This document shows positions 9,897 to 21,529 of a stretch of 64,000 nucleotides of DNA, one piece after another. Location: the NCBI RefSeq assembly GCF_006345805.1, contig NC_043010.1:50406001-50470000 (forward strand), given 5' to 3'. Within the stretch, counting starts at the first letter, position 1; each line of letters begins with the position of its first letter. The notes beneath the pieces were generated by a model. It searched no databases. It was not told the origin of the DNA and saw nothing but the letters and a program-made list of their open reading frames with translations. A program made the position numbers and the translations under genes. The stretch comes from Octopus sinensis (Eukaryota).

Positions 9897-10795
9897 CTAG
9901 CAGAGATACTCGGCATTGCTCGGGCATAGTTTGTATAATATATTACAGTCGTGTTGAAACAGGTGATATGGGAAAGTGCAGCATTGACAAAAAACATTTG
10001 TAGAGTAAATGCTGGGCTAATTCGACTAAGGAACGTGCTATGCGTCCGTTTGGAGTATTTCAGGACTTAACCTGTCATGGAAAATTGGAGGCGGGGCATA
10101 TGTGGTTTTTGAACGCACCGAAAAGCTCTCAGTGGATATACTCTCCTTTGCAGCAGTCGGTGATGTGTCTAACACGACCCATGATCTGAAATTTTGACAC
10201 TTCCGTCGGGTTTGTTGTCCTATATCACTCATAAACTAAATTTGGAGGAACTGTGGTTGTTCATTTGCGGGTAACAGGGAACCAATAACGTGATAGACTT
10301 GTCCTTGAACTTTGACGGCGTAAATTCATATTTATCTATCTTCTTAGATGCACCAAATGATGGTCATTTGACATGCGGAGTTGTATTGTCTGATATCGTT
10401 CAGAAAATCCTTTGACTGAATGGAAGTGCCTTCTAGAAGATTCATAAGAGGTTGAGAAGAAGCTGGTAGTGCTGGCAATGTTACGTGACCGCCTGAGCAG
10501 CACATACCATTTGTTTCATTTGAAAACTTTAAAGCTGTACATAAACGATAATTTGTGTTTAGCAAACTAATTTGGACAGAGTTATCATTTTTATAATAAT
10601 GGGATGGATCATATCTGTAAACAGCTTCAGGAGTTGTGAAGAATGACTTTGTACTTGGTCTGTTTCTGAGAGTTATTCTACTGGACCTCTGTTTAATCAT
10701 TAAAACATTTGATTTAATGATCCAGCATTAAGTGCTGCAACATGCATTTGCTGATCTTGAGAAAATCTCATCTCTCTTCAGACTCTTGCCTTCGG
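9897..10795 (-). mobile_element. internally deleted Helitron with an N-terminal RepHel remnant
   Basis: CTALKFSNETNGMCCSGGHVTLP, FLNDIRQYNSACQMT, then after frameshifts SFGA and KVQGQVYHVIGSLLP...PQFLQI*FMSD; 3' hairpin + CTAG at 9897-9925. Confidence 0.8.
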
Positions 10796-10801
10796 TTTTT
10801 A

Positions 10802-10925
10802 CGGCTGATATACCCTCCAGCCTTCTTCAGGTGTCTTGGGGGAAATTTCGAAACATTGTGTTAACAACAAACAAGATGAGGACAAATATCCGTCGAATGT
10901 GAATAAAGTAAATAATGTACAACTT
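10802..10925. mobile_element. PLE 3' terminal fragment with a hammerhead split by a short inversion
   Basis: Inverting 10804-10849 reconstitutes GACAC-CTGAAGA-AGGCTG(GAGGGTATAT)CAGCC-GAAAC-ATT-GTGTT. Confidence 0.6.
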
Positions 10926-11613
10926 TAATCTTTGTACTTTACAACGTCTTTAAATGTTCATCAATATATTAGGCGCTTCTTGAAAGGAAGGGAGATAAAA
11001 ATAATCGAATTTAGCCCTGTGCATTCTTAGTATTTGCTCAGAGTTGTCCCCCTTTGTTTACTTGAGCCAACATTTTGCATAGGGTTTTTCAGGAATAACT
11101 ATCACTATTTGGTCGTGGGATGTCTTTTTATTCTCTCTCTTTTTTTTTATTTTTAGATTTTATTTGTTTTCCTATTGAATCCGGCCTGAGATATTAAACG
11201 AGTCTGATACTCTTGTAATAGACTGTGAGAATTTTCGAAATAGAGATTGTTTAATTTTGTCCAGAAGTGTTAAGGGTATGGTGTAGGATTTTCCCCCCTC
11301 TTTTGATGAGGAAGCGTATTCTTACGATTCTTTGTTATTGTTTTTCCTCTGTTTGTATTTATAACACTGTCATTTGTGCGTGGGCTCGTTTGGGTGGGAA
11401 GTGTGGTATCGGTGAGTCAATGGGTGTGTAAAGATAAGTTTCTGTTATTATGATTAGACAGAAAAAAGAAAACATTATGAAGGTCGATAATCTAAATTTA
11501 TCATTCAGTGGGATGGTGAGTGAATAAATAAGAATGAGTACCTAGGAGACATTGAACCTATCAATATTCTCAAAAAAATATTGTAGCTCTGCAAATTTAT
11601 TCGGTTCAAACAA

Positions 11614-12012
11614 ACGTAGGAGTGGCTGTGTCGTAAGTAGCTTGTTTACCAACCACATGGTTCCGGGATCAGTCCCACTGCGTGGCACCTTGGGCAAGTG
11701 TCTTCTACTATAGCCTCGGGTCGACCAAAGCCTTGTGAGTGGATTTCGTAGACGGAAACTGAAAGAAGCCCGTCGTATATATGTATATATATGTGTTTGT
11801 GTGTATGTTTGTGTGTCTGTGTGTTTGTCCCCACAACATCACTTGACAACCGATGCTGGTGTGTTTACGCCACCGTAATATAGCGGTTCGCCCAAACAGA
11901 CCAATAGAATAAGTACTAGGCTTACAAAGAATAAGACCTGGGGTCGATTTGCTCGACTAAAGGCGGTTCTCTAGCATGGCCACAGTCAAATGACTGAAAC
12001 AAGTAAAAGAGT
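11614..12012 (+). mobile_element. SINE family A, full length
   Basis: GTAGGAGTGGCTGTG head to CAAGTAAAAGAG tail. Confidence 0.92.
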
Positions 12013-12055
<43 letters not shown>

Positions 12056-12443
12056 AACGCACACGCACACACAGAGAGAGGCGAAGAGCCATAAATAAAG
12101 TGAAGGAAAAATGGTAGAAATTCACGTTCAAAATAACAAGTTTGAAGTAAGAAGTATACAGAACTTGCCACAATTTTAACAAAAAGCACCTTTGAATACA
12201 AATACGATACAAATAAGATGATATTCTTTTTCGAACGCAGAATTGTCGTTAGAACAACAGGAATACTGAGTACCCTTACAAAGCAGGAAAATTTGTCACG
12301 AAAATATATCGTATTTGTATCGTAAAATGCACATTACGACGTTCATAATATATAAACTTGTGGTTTGTTCATATTCATATATGTACTCGTGCTTCGTATT
12401 TTTTTGTTGTACATGTTTCATGACGTCCTGTGCCCACATGTGG

Positions 12444-12490
<47 letters not shown>

Positions 12491-12538
12491 CGTATAGATG
12501 TATGTACATACACATATGTATGTATGTATATGTATATA

Positions 12539-12730
12539 TAACGGGAAGGTTTACGAAAATAAACAAAAGACGAAGGCAGGTGGAGTACAAACAAATAATG
12601 TATTAGTATGGCGCTCAGGAATAGAAATAAAACAAGTCTTTTACGTTTCGAGCCTACGCTCTTCGACAGAAAGATACACAGAAAAGAAACAAGGAGAGAA
12701 AAAAATTGCGTGTAGGGGCTAACGATCCAT
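12539..12730 (-). mobile_element. PLE terminal repeat (inverted) carrying a minimal hammerhead at 12637-12674
   Basis: Minus strand TCTTT-CTGTCGA-A-GAGC(GTAG)GCTC-GAAAC-GTA-AAAGA. Confidence 0.6.
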
Positions 12731-13355
12731 GTCTCTGCTCTTTCTCTCCACATCTGCCCCGTCGTTGCCCGTCTCATGTTACCAACCACCCCTTCACCCT
12801 GCCCCTCCAACGTACCATTCTCCGAGCCTTCCGGCGACTCCAGTCCGATTCTTCCACCTCGCACATCTTCCCCAACTTACCTCTTCCCTCCTTGAAACGA
12901 GCTCACAACCTGCGTGACCTCCTGGTCCACAATTTCTTTCCTAACTCCCACCACCCAGCCTGGCTCATTCCCCTGCTCTGCCCACGCCGCCGTACTTGCC
13001 CCTACCATCCTCACTACCATCTTCATAGGTACCCATCATCGTCCCTATCACATCACCGACTTCTTTACCTGTACTTCTAGTAACGTCATTTACTGCATCT
13101 CCTGCTCTTTCTGCCCTTCCCGGTACATCGGTCAAACGGGACGCCGATTGGCTGACCAGTTGGCGGAAAACCTCTGAGACATCAGACTCAGCAATGACAC
13201 TCCGGTCTCGCGCCATTTCTGCTCTACCGGTCATTCACTACAATATCTGACTGTGTTCAGACTATCTTGCACAGAGGCCATCCGGAATCACGCCTTCGCC
13301 GTGAACGAGAATTAATCTTCTCTCTTCGCTTCTTTGCGCTTTATAGACTTAACTT
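12731..13355 (+). pseudogene. Penelope-like element GIY-YIG endonuclease region, frameshifted
   Basis: KRAHNLRDLLVH, then FTCTSSNVIYCISCSFCPSRYIGQTGRRLADQLAEN, TPVSRHF and RRERELIFSL. Confidence 0.85.
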
Positions 13356-13577
13356 CCCTTCTCTCTTCATCTGACTCTCCTTCTCTCTTCATCTGATACC
13401 TCCTTTTTCTCTTCACTTCTACCCACCTCCTCTCTTCATTGATACCCCACACATCCATCCCACCCCTACCACACTCAACCCTCACCCTACTCCCACACTC
13501 CAACACCACACACCCGCACTACACCACAGCCCACACCACACCACTCCATACACACTAGCACTGACCACTTCCCAATA

Positions 13578-14440
13578 CCTTTTCAAGCGAAACTTGAAAA
13601 AGTTGATGAGGGCTTGGCCAAAGAGGAAAGTCTGACTTTAGCCTTTTCAGACAAGTTCACCATACCACATCTTTCGCAACAGCCACTAGACAAACAAAAA
13701 TTGCCTGCCCCTCCTGCATTGCCCGCCTGACGGAGGACTATGAGCGCTTGATGAGGTGCCAAGTGCCTCTCCTCAGTCTACGCCTAATCCAGGTTTGCAG
13801 CTCAGTCAAAGAGACGAGCTGTGGAAAAGTGTGTCTGACAAACGGTGAACACACTTGCTCACTGTCAAGGAAACGCTGGAGATGCCGTAGCCTGTGCGCA
13901 TGTCTGCGCATCAACAACCATGGTATGCCCAGCCCTCCATTCAGCGACTGTTTACAGCAGATGGAGCGCCTGACTCGTAAAATGCGCCCCTTCCACAGAA
14001 AGCGGAATTGTAAGCGCACTAGCTTAGTCAATCAGAAAACGGGGCATTAAGCGGTATTAGATGACGGATGCGAGCTAGCAGAAACGTTAAAGGCGGAGAG
14101 CTGGCAGAATCGTTAGCACGCCGGGCGAAATGCTTAGCGGTATTTCGTCTGCGTTACGTTGTGAGTTCAAATTCCGCCGAGGTCGACTTTGCCTTTCATC
14201 CTTTCGGGGTCGACAAATTAAGTACCAGTTACGCACTGGGGTCGATGTAATCGACTTAATACCTATGTCTGTCCTTGTTTGTCCCCTCTGTGTTTAGCCC
14301 CATGTGGGTAATAAAGAAATAGGTATTAGATGACGGATGCGATCGCTACCTCGGCTCGACCTATCAGGGCGGGCTTCCTATCGGTCCATTTCTGGGTGAG
14401 ACTGGCTACTCTGCTCGTCACCTCGTCCCAGTTTTTCTCC
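13578..14440 (-). pseudogene. Tx1/L1-clade LINE ORF2 fragment
   Basis: WTDRKPALIGRAEVAIASVI*YRL, LQFRFLWKG...NGGLGIP and GQALINFFKFRLKR; interrupted by SINE B. Confidence 0.7.
14074..14321 (+). mobile_element. SINE family B, full length with 21-bp TSD
   Basis: TSD GGTATTAGATGACGGATGCGA at 14053-14073 and 14322-14342. Confidence 0.95.
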
Positions 14441-14659
14441 ACACACACACACACACCACACACACACACACACACACAAGGGGCTTTCACGCAGTTTCTT
14501 TTTACTAGATTCACTCACGAAACATTGGTCGAGCCAGGGTCAATAATAGAATGCACTCGGTCAACGTACTGCGCAGTAGAATTGAACCCAACACCAGCAT
14601 TTTAATCATACACCCATACCAGCACATATGTTTTATTAAATTTTAAAATTAAAAAAAAA

Positions 14660-15430
14660 AACCGAAATGATGATGCAACCTTTCATGTGCATGTTGCTAA
14701 ATTGGCAATGAAATGTAGGCGGCTGACCGGATGGATTCTTAGAACCTTTAGAACAAGAGACCAGGAAACCATGATGGTCCTCTGGAGGACACTTGTCCTA
14801 AGCCACTTTGACTATTGCTCTCAGCTATGGTCACCATCCAGTGTCAAGTTAATCACAGAACTTGAGGCGATCCAACGAAGCTACACGAAGAAGATAGCCT
14901 CTGTGCAGCATATAAGCTATTGGGAAAGACTCAAGAGATTGAGACTCTATTACTTAGAGCGTAGGCGAGAAAGATATGCCATAATATACATCTGGAAGAT
15001 CCTAGAAGGACTTGTCCCAAACTTTGGCATCGAGAGTTACACAAATGCCAGAACTGGGCGCCACTGCATAGTGCCAAGGACTCCAAATTTGCCATCAAGA
15101 TGTAGGACAAGATACTGTGATAGCCTGGGCTTCCGAGGCCCACAGCTCTTCAATATCCTCCCGAAGAACCTAAGAGACCTGCATGGGGTGGATGCAGATG
15201 TCTTTAAAATGAAACTGGATCTCTTCTTGTCAGGTATCCCAGATGAACCAACTTCACGGCAGGAGGTGCAGATGAGGGCAGCTGCATCGAACTCCCTCAT
15301 GCACCAGATGGGATTTGCTAAAAAGCATTTGTGAAGTAAAATCATGTAGCAACACCAAATGGCGGTGCCCCAGCATGGCCACAGCTTGTGAGCTGAAACT
15401 AAATATGATAAAATAAAAATAAATAAAATA
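14660..15430 (+). mobile_element. CR1/L2-like LINE, 5'-truncated (ORF2 C-terminus 14687-15334 plus 3' UTR)
   Basis: LVLSHFDYCSQLWSP, LEAIQRSYTKKI, SYWERLKRLRLYYLERRRER and GPQLFNILPKNLR; (AAAAT)n tail. Confidence 0.88.
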
Positions 15431-15668
15431 AGTTCGTCCAAATTTTTTCTTCAATAATTGTTTCAGAAATGTATTAAAAGTTCATTGACCTCAACGGAGG
15501 TCGGTACCTCTATTTCCAATAAAATCGTTATCAATCAAATAATGTTACATGATCTGATGTCACAAGTTCGGCTCATTTACTTCTCAAATAAGATGTCTCT
15601 TCATTAATCTTGATTGAATGATGTCTTCTGATAACATGAATAAACCATAAACAGTAATTTGTACTCCA

Positions 15669-15669
<1 letters not shown>

Positions 15670-15699
<30 letters not shown>

Positions 15700-15729
15700 C
15701 ATCACCACCACCACCACCACACCACCACC

Positions 15730-15763
<34 letters not shown>

Positions 15764-15809
15764 TCATCATCACCATCACCACCACCACCACCACCACCAC
15801 CACCATCAC

Positions 15810-15844
<35 letters not shown>

Positions 15845-15863
15845 CCACCACACCACCACCACC

Positions 15864-15922
<59 letters not shown>
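15670..15922. repeat. compound (CAT)n/(CAC)n microsatellite
   Basis: Direct reading. Confidence 0.95.
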
Positions 15923-15933
15923 AATTATTATTC

Positions 15934-16148
15934 AGCGAGCTGGCAGAATCGTTTGCAGGCCGGACAAAATGCTCAGCGGCATTTCGTCAGTCCTTACGTT
16001 CTGAGGTTCAAATTCCATCGAGGTCGACTTTGCCTTTCATCCATTCGGAGTCGATAAATTAAGTACTCTAGAAACACTGGGGGTCAATGTAATCGACTTG
16101 TCCCCTCCTACCAAATTTCAGGCCTTGGGGTCTATAGAAGAAAGGATT
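15934..16148 (+). mobile_element. SINE family B variant
   Basis: GCGAGCTGGCAGAATCG head and GTCGACTTTGCCTTTCATCC core. Confidence 0.85.
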
Positions 16149-16240
16149 ATTGTTGTTATTTTGTCATTTGTGACGGGAAAGAGACGACGCTTGTTCGTAG
16201 CTCGTAAATTTTCTTTGAAATCCGTTGTTTTATTAGTTGA

Positions 16241-16546
16241 CTAGCAGTATCGCCCGGCGTTGCTCGGGTTTGTAAGGGAAATAACTATATAAGCATTTTT
16301 AGAGAGTTACTTCCCTTATATAACTCGAGCAAAATCATTAAAAATGCGGAAAAATGATGGTAAATTTTTTTTTTAATCGTAGACTCATTGTAGACGCGCG
16401 CTAATACCCAGAAGGGCTCGATATGAATGACGACTATAAGATACCCGCTTTTGGTTAAACTGCACCGCAAAATGTGGGAGTAGTTAGGAATCTAAATCGG
16501 AGGAGACAGAGTCTCACACACACAACTTCAATTTTATATATAAAGA
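16241..16546 (-). mobile_element. non-autonomous Helitron, single copy
   Basis: TC...hairpin-CTAG termini on the minus strand, A|T insertion site, same family as 5998-7021. Confidence 0.88.
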
Positions 16547-16816
16547 TATTCGAATTTTTGTTGAACTGTTTTCTAAATAAGCCAGCTCGCTTTGCTTACA
16601 GCGAGCTGGTTTGGCGAATTTTCGGTTTCTAAGGATGAATTTTGAGATTTTAAAAATTAACATTTAATATTTCAAACCAAAAAAAATAACAATATGGATT
16701 CTCAAGTCAAGTGAAGTGATGGCAGTTGTAACAGCCATTATTACATTATTTTTTCCGCCACTAACTGTTATGGTCGAGAGGCAAATCACTGGCAGCAACA
16801 ACAACAGCAGCAGAGT

Positions 16817-16996
16817 GGAGGCACAATGGCCCAGTGGTTAGGGCAGCGGACTCGCGGTCGTAAGAACGCGGTTTCGATTCCCAGACCGGGCATTGTGAGA
16901 GTTTATTGAGCAAAAACACCCAAGTACCCCGAGGCTCCGGCAGGGGGTGGAGGGTGAACCTCGCTGTACTCTTTCACCACAACTTTCTCTCACTCT
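16817..16996 (+). mobile_element. SINE family C head and body
   Basis: GGAGGCACAATGGCCCAGTGGTTAGGGCAGCGGACTCGCGG...GGTTTCGATTCCC. Confidence 0.85.
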
Positions 16997-17290
16997 TTCT
17001 ACTTCTGCAACAAAGCAGAGGAACCATAGTGCAACCCACTATGGTGTGGTAAATTTCCAGACCCTCGTCTAGATTGCGAATCCTCTGTACCACAGGATGG
17101 TTCAGCTCTCTGCCCGTTAAAGCCACCGTTTACGGAATGAGGATAACAACGTAGCTTTCGCGCCCGTGCAACCACCAAGTCTATCGCGTGTGGTGGGTGG
17201 ATCTTCAAGTTTCCACACGCATTCTTAGTAGCTTAGAGTAGGCTCGAATTAGAGATTATTCTTTGTGGCTAATGGCGTGAGTCCTGATTG

Positions 17291-17413
17291 GAAGAAGAAG
17301 AAGAAGAAGAAGAAGAAGAAGAAGAAGAAGAAGAAGAAGAAGAAGAAGAAGAAGAAGAAGAAGAAGAAGAAGAAGAAGAAGAAGAAGAAGAAGAAGAAGA
17401 AGAAGAAGAAGAA
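17291..17413. repeat. (GAA)n microsatellite
   Basis: About 41 perfect units; source of the poly-K and poly-L ORFs. Confidence 0.97.
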
Positions 17414-17659
17414 CAACACAGCAGCAGAACATTGCAGGATATATTTTAAATGGTAGAAGCTCGACTTCCACTACCACCCCTAACACCACGATCATCACCA
17501 ACACTACCACCGCCGCCATCAACACAAACAACGAAAACTGTAGCCGTTCTTATTTCTAAACAAAATAGAAACGGTTTCGCACAAGCATGTCGTAGAATGA
17601 AGAAAGGTGACTTGCAGCGTCCCCGAAATTGCTGGCATTGTGTCAAAATTTTATACCTT

Positions 17660-18300
17660 AAAGGCAGTGAGCTGGCAGAATGGTTATTGAGTCTGAGAAA
17701 ATGTTTAGCGGCATTTCCTCCGGTTTTACGTTCTGAGTTCAAATCCTCCTGTGGTCGATTTAGTCTTTCAGCCTTTCGGGGTCGATAAAATAAGAACCAG
17801 TTGTGCACTGAAGTCGAACCTAGCCCCACTGAATTTCAGTCCTTGTGGCTTTAGTAGAAAGAATCATTATTATTATTGTTTTTTGTTGTTGTCATTTTAA
17901 AGGCAGAGAGTTGGCAGATCAGTTATGCCAGACAAAATGCTTAGTGATATATCGTCTGCCTTTACGTTCTGAGTTCAAATTCCGCCGAGGTCGACTTTGC
18001 CTTTCATCCTTTCGGGATCGATAAATAAAGTACCAGTTTCGCACTGGGGTCGATGTAATCGATTTAATCCCTTTGTCTCTCCTTGTTTGTCCCCTCTATG
18101 TTTAGCCACTTGTGGGCAGTAAAAAAATAGATATATCGTCTGCCTTTACGTTCTGAGTTCAAATTCCGCCGAAATCGACTTTCCTCGTTTCAGGGTCGTT
18201 GAAATATGTACCAGTCGAGCACTGGGGTAGATGTAATCAACGAACACCAACCCCTCAAAACTGCTGGCCTATGCCAAAACCAGAAAGAATTATTATTCTA
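17660..18300 (+). mobile_element. cluster of three SINE family B copies
   Basis: Units at about 17660-17875, 17899-18130 and 18131-18300, each with GTTCTGAGTTCAAAT. Confidence 0.85.
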
Positions 18301-18587
18301 AAATAGTTGACTTTTACTGACTTACTGATTATGGAGCGTATGGATGTATCAATGTGCGTATTATTAATAAGGGCATGTCTTATAACTAATGGACTATAAT
18401 ACTAAGGTAATATTAGAGCCAATAACACATTGATAATAATACAAGTCACTCATTTTATTCCCGTATATCTTATTATTTGTTTTAACATAATTATTATAAT
18501 AACACAAACCTCTTGAAAACAGGAAAACTATTTTTATTGACATACGTATCAGTGATAGGCATATCAATGTCATTCAATCTTTATATA

Positions 18588-19280
18588 CAAGGTGTCTCAC
18601 AATGTTGGGACACCTTTCGTTTGTAATTTATAAGACCGTGAACACTCGCCCATGCTTGTTCCAGTCCTACCGTATTTTATCGGCATGAAAGTCGGCATAG
18701 TTTATAGAATTATCACATAGTGTAACCACCCAAAAATTGTCACTATATTTACAAATTCTACTGTATTTCATATGGAATTTTTGGTCCTCCAAAATTGTCT
18801 TAGTCGACTACCATTTTTTTTCTTCTTTTTTTGTCGGTTGTAAATTCTGGTCTGAAGAATTCGACTTGTATGCCAGAAAATACGATATGTAACTTTACAA
18901 AGAGCGATCGCTATTTGGTACTTCATTCAACTAAAACGTGTCTTTGGTAAAATAACTGAAAGAGGGTGGAAATACTGCAAGAAAAGGATCTGACAGTCGT
19001 AATGTCTTGTAAAACTCAAGGTTTAATAGATCTAAGAAGGAAAATAGCTTCAAATTCTGTTTATATAAACCAAATGGCTAACAGATTTCTGATCTTTGAT
19101 TGGCCATCTTTCCAATTCCTGTTGCATTTTACATGAAATTTTTGGTCCTCCAAAGTCATCTTGGTGTATAAATCGACTACCTTTTTTGGCTGTAAATTTT
19201 GGTTTGAAATATCCGATTTGTATGCCGGAAATATGGTAGTTACTTACGTTTAAAATGTGTCCCAATATTATGAGACACTG
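18588..19280. mobile_element. Tc1/mariner-type non-autonomous element (MITE)
   Basis: TA-flanked TIRs CAAGGTGTCTCACAATGTTGGGACAC / GTGTCCCAATATTATGAGACACTG; internal direct repeat of about 110 bp (18772-18885 vs 19133-19235). Confidence 0.7.
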
Positions 19281-20154
19281 TATAATATTTATGTAACCAT
19301 TATAACACAACAATCGCTGAATGCAAAAGACTTTTCATGGATATGTTTATTAACAATCTCAGTTACACCGCACTCATACAGAACAATGCCATAACGCTCA
19401 TAATATAGAAATGTGTTTTATTTTCAATCGAGTATTTAAAAGGAAAAGATTACTATTGATGAATCCCCTGAAAAATATTATGTCCGACATCGATTCTAAT
19501 CGGCGCTGAAGCTAATCTCAAAGACGCAACTATTACCACCATCATATAAACGACTTTGAAATCATAAGTGGACAAACACGACGCAGATAATTATTGATTT
19601 GCTTGTTTAAATTCGACTTTGATTTCAAATACATAATGAATTCATTAAGAAAAACATTAAGCTTTGACGTAAACACTTTCAAACTTGCATATAAAGACAC
19701 ACGTACACGTTCGCACACATGAATACATACACACATCAGTCAATCAAAATCTTTTAAGAAGAAAAGCAGCTTGCATCCACTATTTTTCTCGGTCGTCAAC
19801 CGCTTATATTTTTCACTCTCTTCTTCTGTGCCCGTCCCCTGATGTTGCACGGCCCAGTCCACTCATGGCTTGCCTGTTTCTCTGTAAACAAACACATAAA
19901 CACACACACTCACACGTTTATACTTGTGTATGTGTACATGCATGTGTGTGCGTGCGTATGTGTTTGTATGTGTACATACGCATTTTGAATAGGTAGAGAG
20001 TTGGGTAGCTTAAGGCTGATGACAGAAAAGGATGCTGAGATTACTCTCTCTCTCTCCCTCTCTCGTTCCTGTTTCACTGTCACTTCATTTCTCAATCATG
20101 TAACTAGTATTAAACAATCGAATCTAGACTTTGTTCTCCTGAACAAATATTTGC

Positions 20155-20160
20155 GTGTAT

Positions 20161-20210
<50 letters not shown>

Positions 20211-20309
20211 CTGCGCGTGTATATATATATATATATATATATATGTACGTATGTATGGATGTATGTATGTACGTATGTACGTATGTACGTATGTATGTAT
20301 GTATGTATG

Positions 20310-20340
<31 letters not shown>

Positions 20341-20431
20341 TAGGTAGGAATGTACCGATATATCTATACATGCGTACATATGTATGTGTGTGTATGTGTA
20401 TCTGTGTGCGAGCGTGCGTGTGTGTGTGTGT

Positions 20432-20525
<94 letters not shown>

Positions 20526-20532
20526 AGAGAGT

Positions 20533-20580
<48 letters not shown>
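20155..20580. repeat. compound (TG)n-(TA)n-(GTAT)n-(GA)n microsatellites
   Basis: Direct reading. Confidence 0.95.
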
Positions 20581-20584
<4 letters not shown>

Positions 20585-21019
20585 TGTCACAGATAATGAA
20601 TCAATGGATAATTAAATGTTTTAGACTTTGATCAAACAGATGTCTGTAGTACAATTAAGCACGTTATTGAACATAATAAAGAGAATAGTTATGAATCATC
20701 TTTCGGAACAATAAACTTGGCAGACGATAAAATGACGGCCTCGTTTCTAGGTTAGTATAAGTGTTATCATACAAGCAAAAAAACAAACAAGCAAAAAAAA
20801 AAAAAAAAAAAAAAAAGAAAGAAAGAAAAAGAAAAAAAGAAATCATCCTTGTTTTTCATTTGTGTATCTGTGTATTTGTTTTCGAAATTTTCGAATTAAC
20901 TAATTCATTTATCAATTCATTTTGATAAGCGAAAACAATAGATAATCGTACAAACAAATTTAATTCACATTTTTTGAAAACCCTATCGACTCATTTCCAC
21001 GTTTCCTAAACCTGTTTCG

Positions 21020-21093
21020 GTTCTTTCTTTTTTCTTTTCCCCTTTCTTTCTTTTCTTTTCTTTCTTTTTCCTTTTCTTCCTTCCATTCTTTCA

Positions 21094-21130
<37 letters not shown>

Positions 21131-21374
21131 TTCATCTTCTTCCTTTCTTTCTTTCTTTCTTCTTTCTTTCTTTCTTTCTTTCTTTTCATCTTCCTTCCTT
21201 TCTTTCTTTCTTTCTTTCTTTTCATCTTCCTTCCTTTCTTTCTGTCTTTCTTTCCTTTTGTCTTTCTTTCGTTGTTTCCTATTTTTGCTTTTCCTTCTTT
21301 CTTTCCATCTTCCTTCCTTCCTCCCTCCCTCCCTTTCTTTTTTTCTTTCTTTCTTTCTTTCATTCATTCATTAA

Positions 21375-21405
<31 letters not shown>

Positions 21406-21410
21406 CATCT
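21020..21410. repeat. (TTTC)n-rich polypyrimidine tract
   Basis: Direct reading. Confidence 0.9.
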
Positions 21411-21529
21411 ATCTTTTTAATTTTCTTTTTCATCCTTCTTCTCAATAATATATGACAGCAATTCGTGTATCAAATATTATTATGCTATAAGCTACATATC
21501 ATATAATGCATGTGTGTTTCTTCGTGTAT

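Noticed and set aside
10990-11520. Degraded PLE RT/endonuclease on the minus strand
   Set aside because: Only scattered residue-level resemblance across many frameshifts; cannot be supported by eye.
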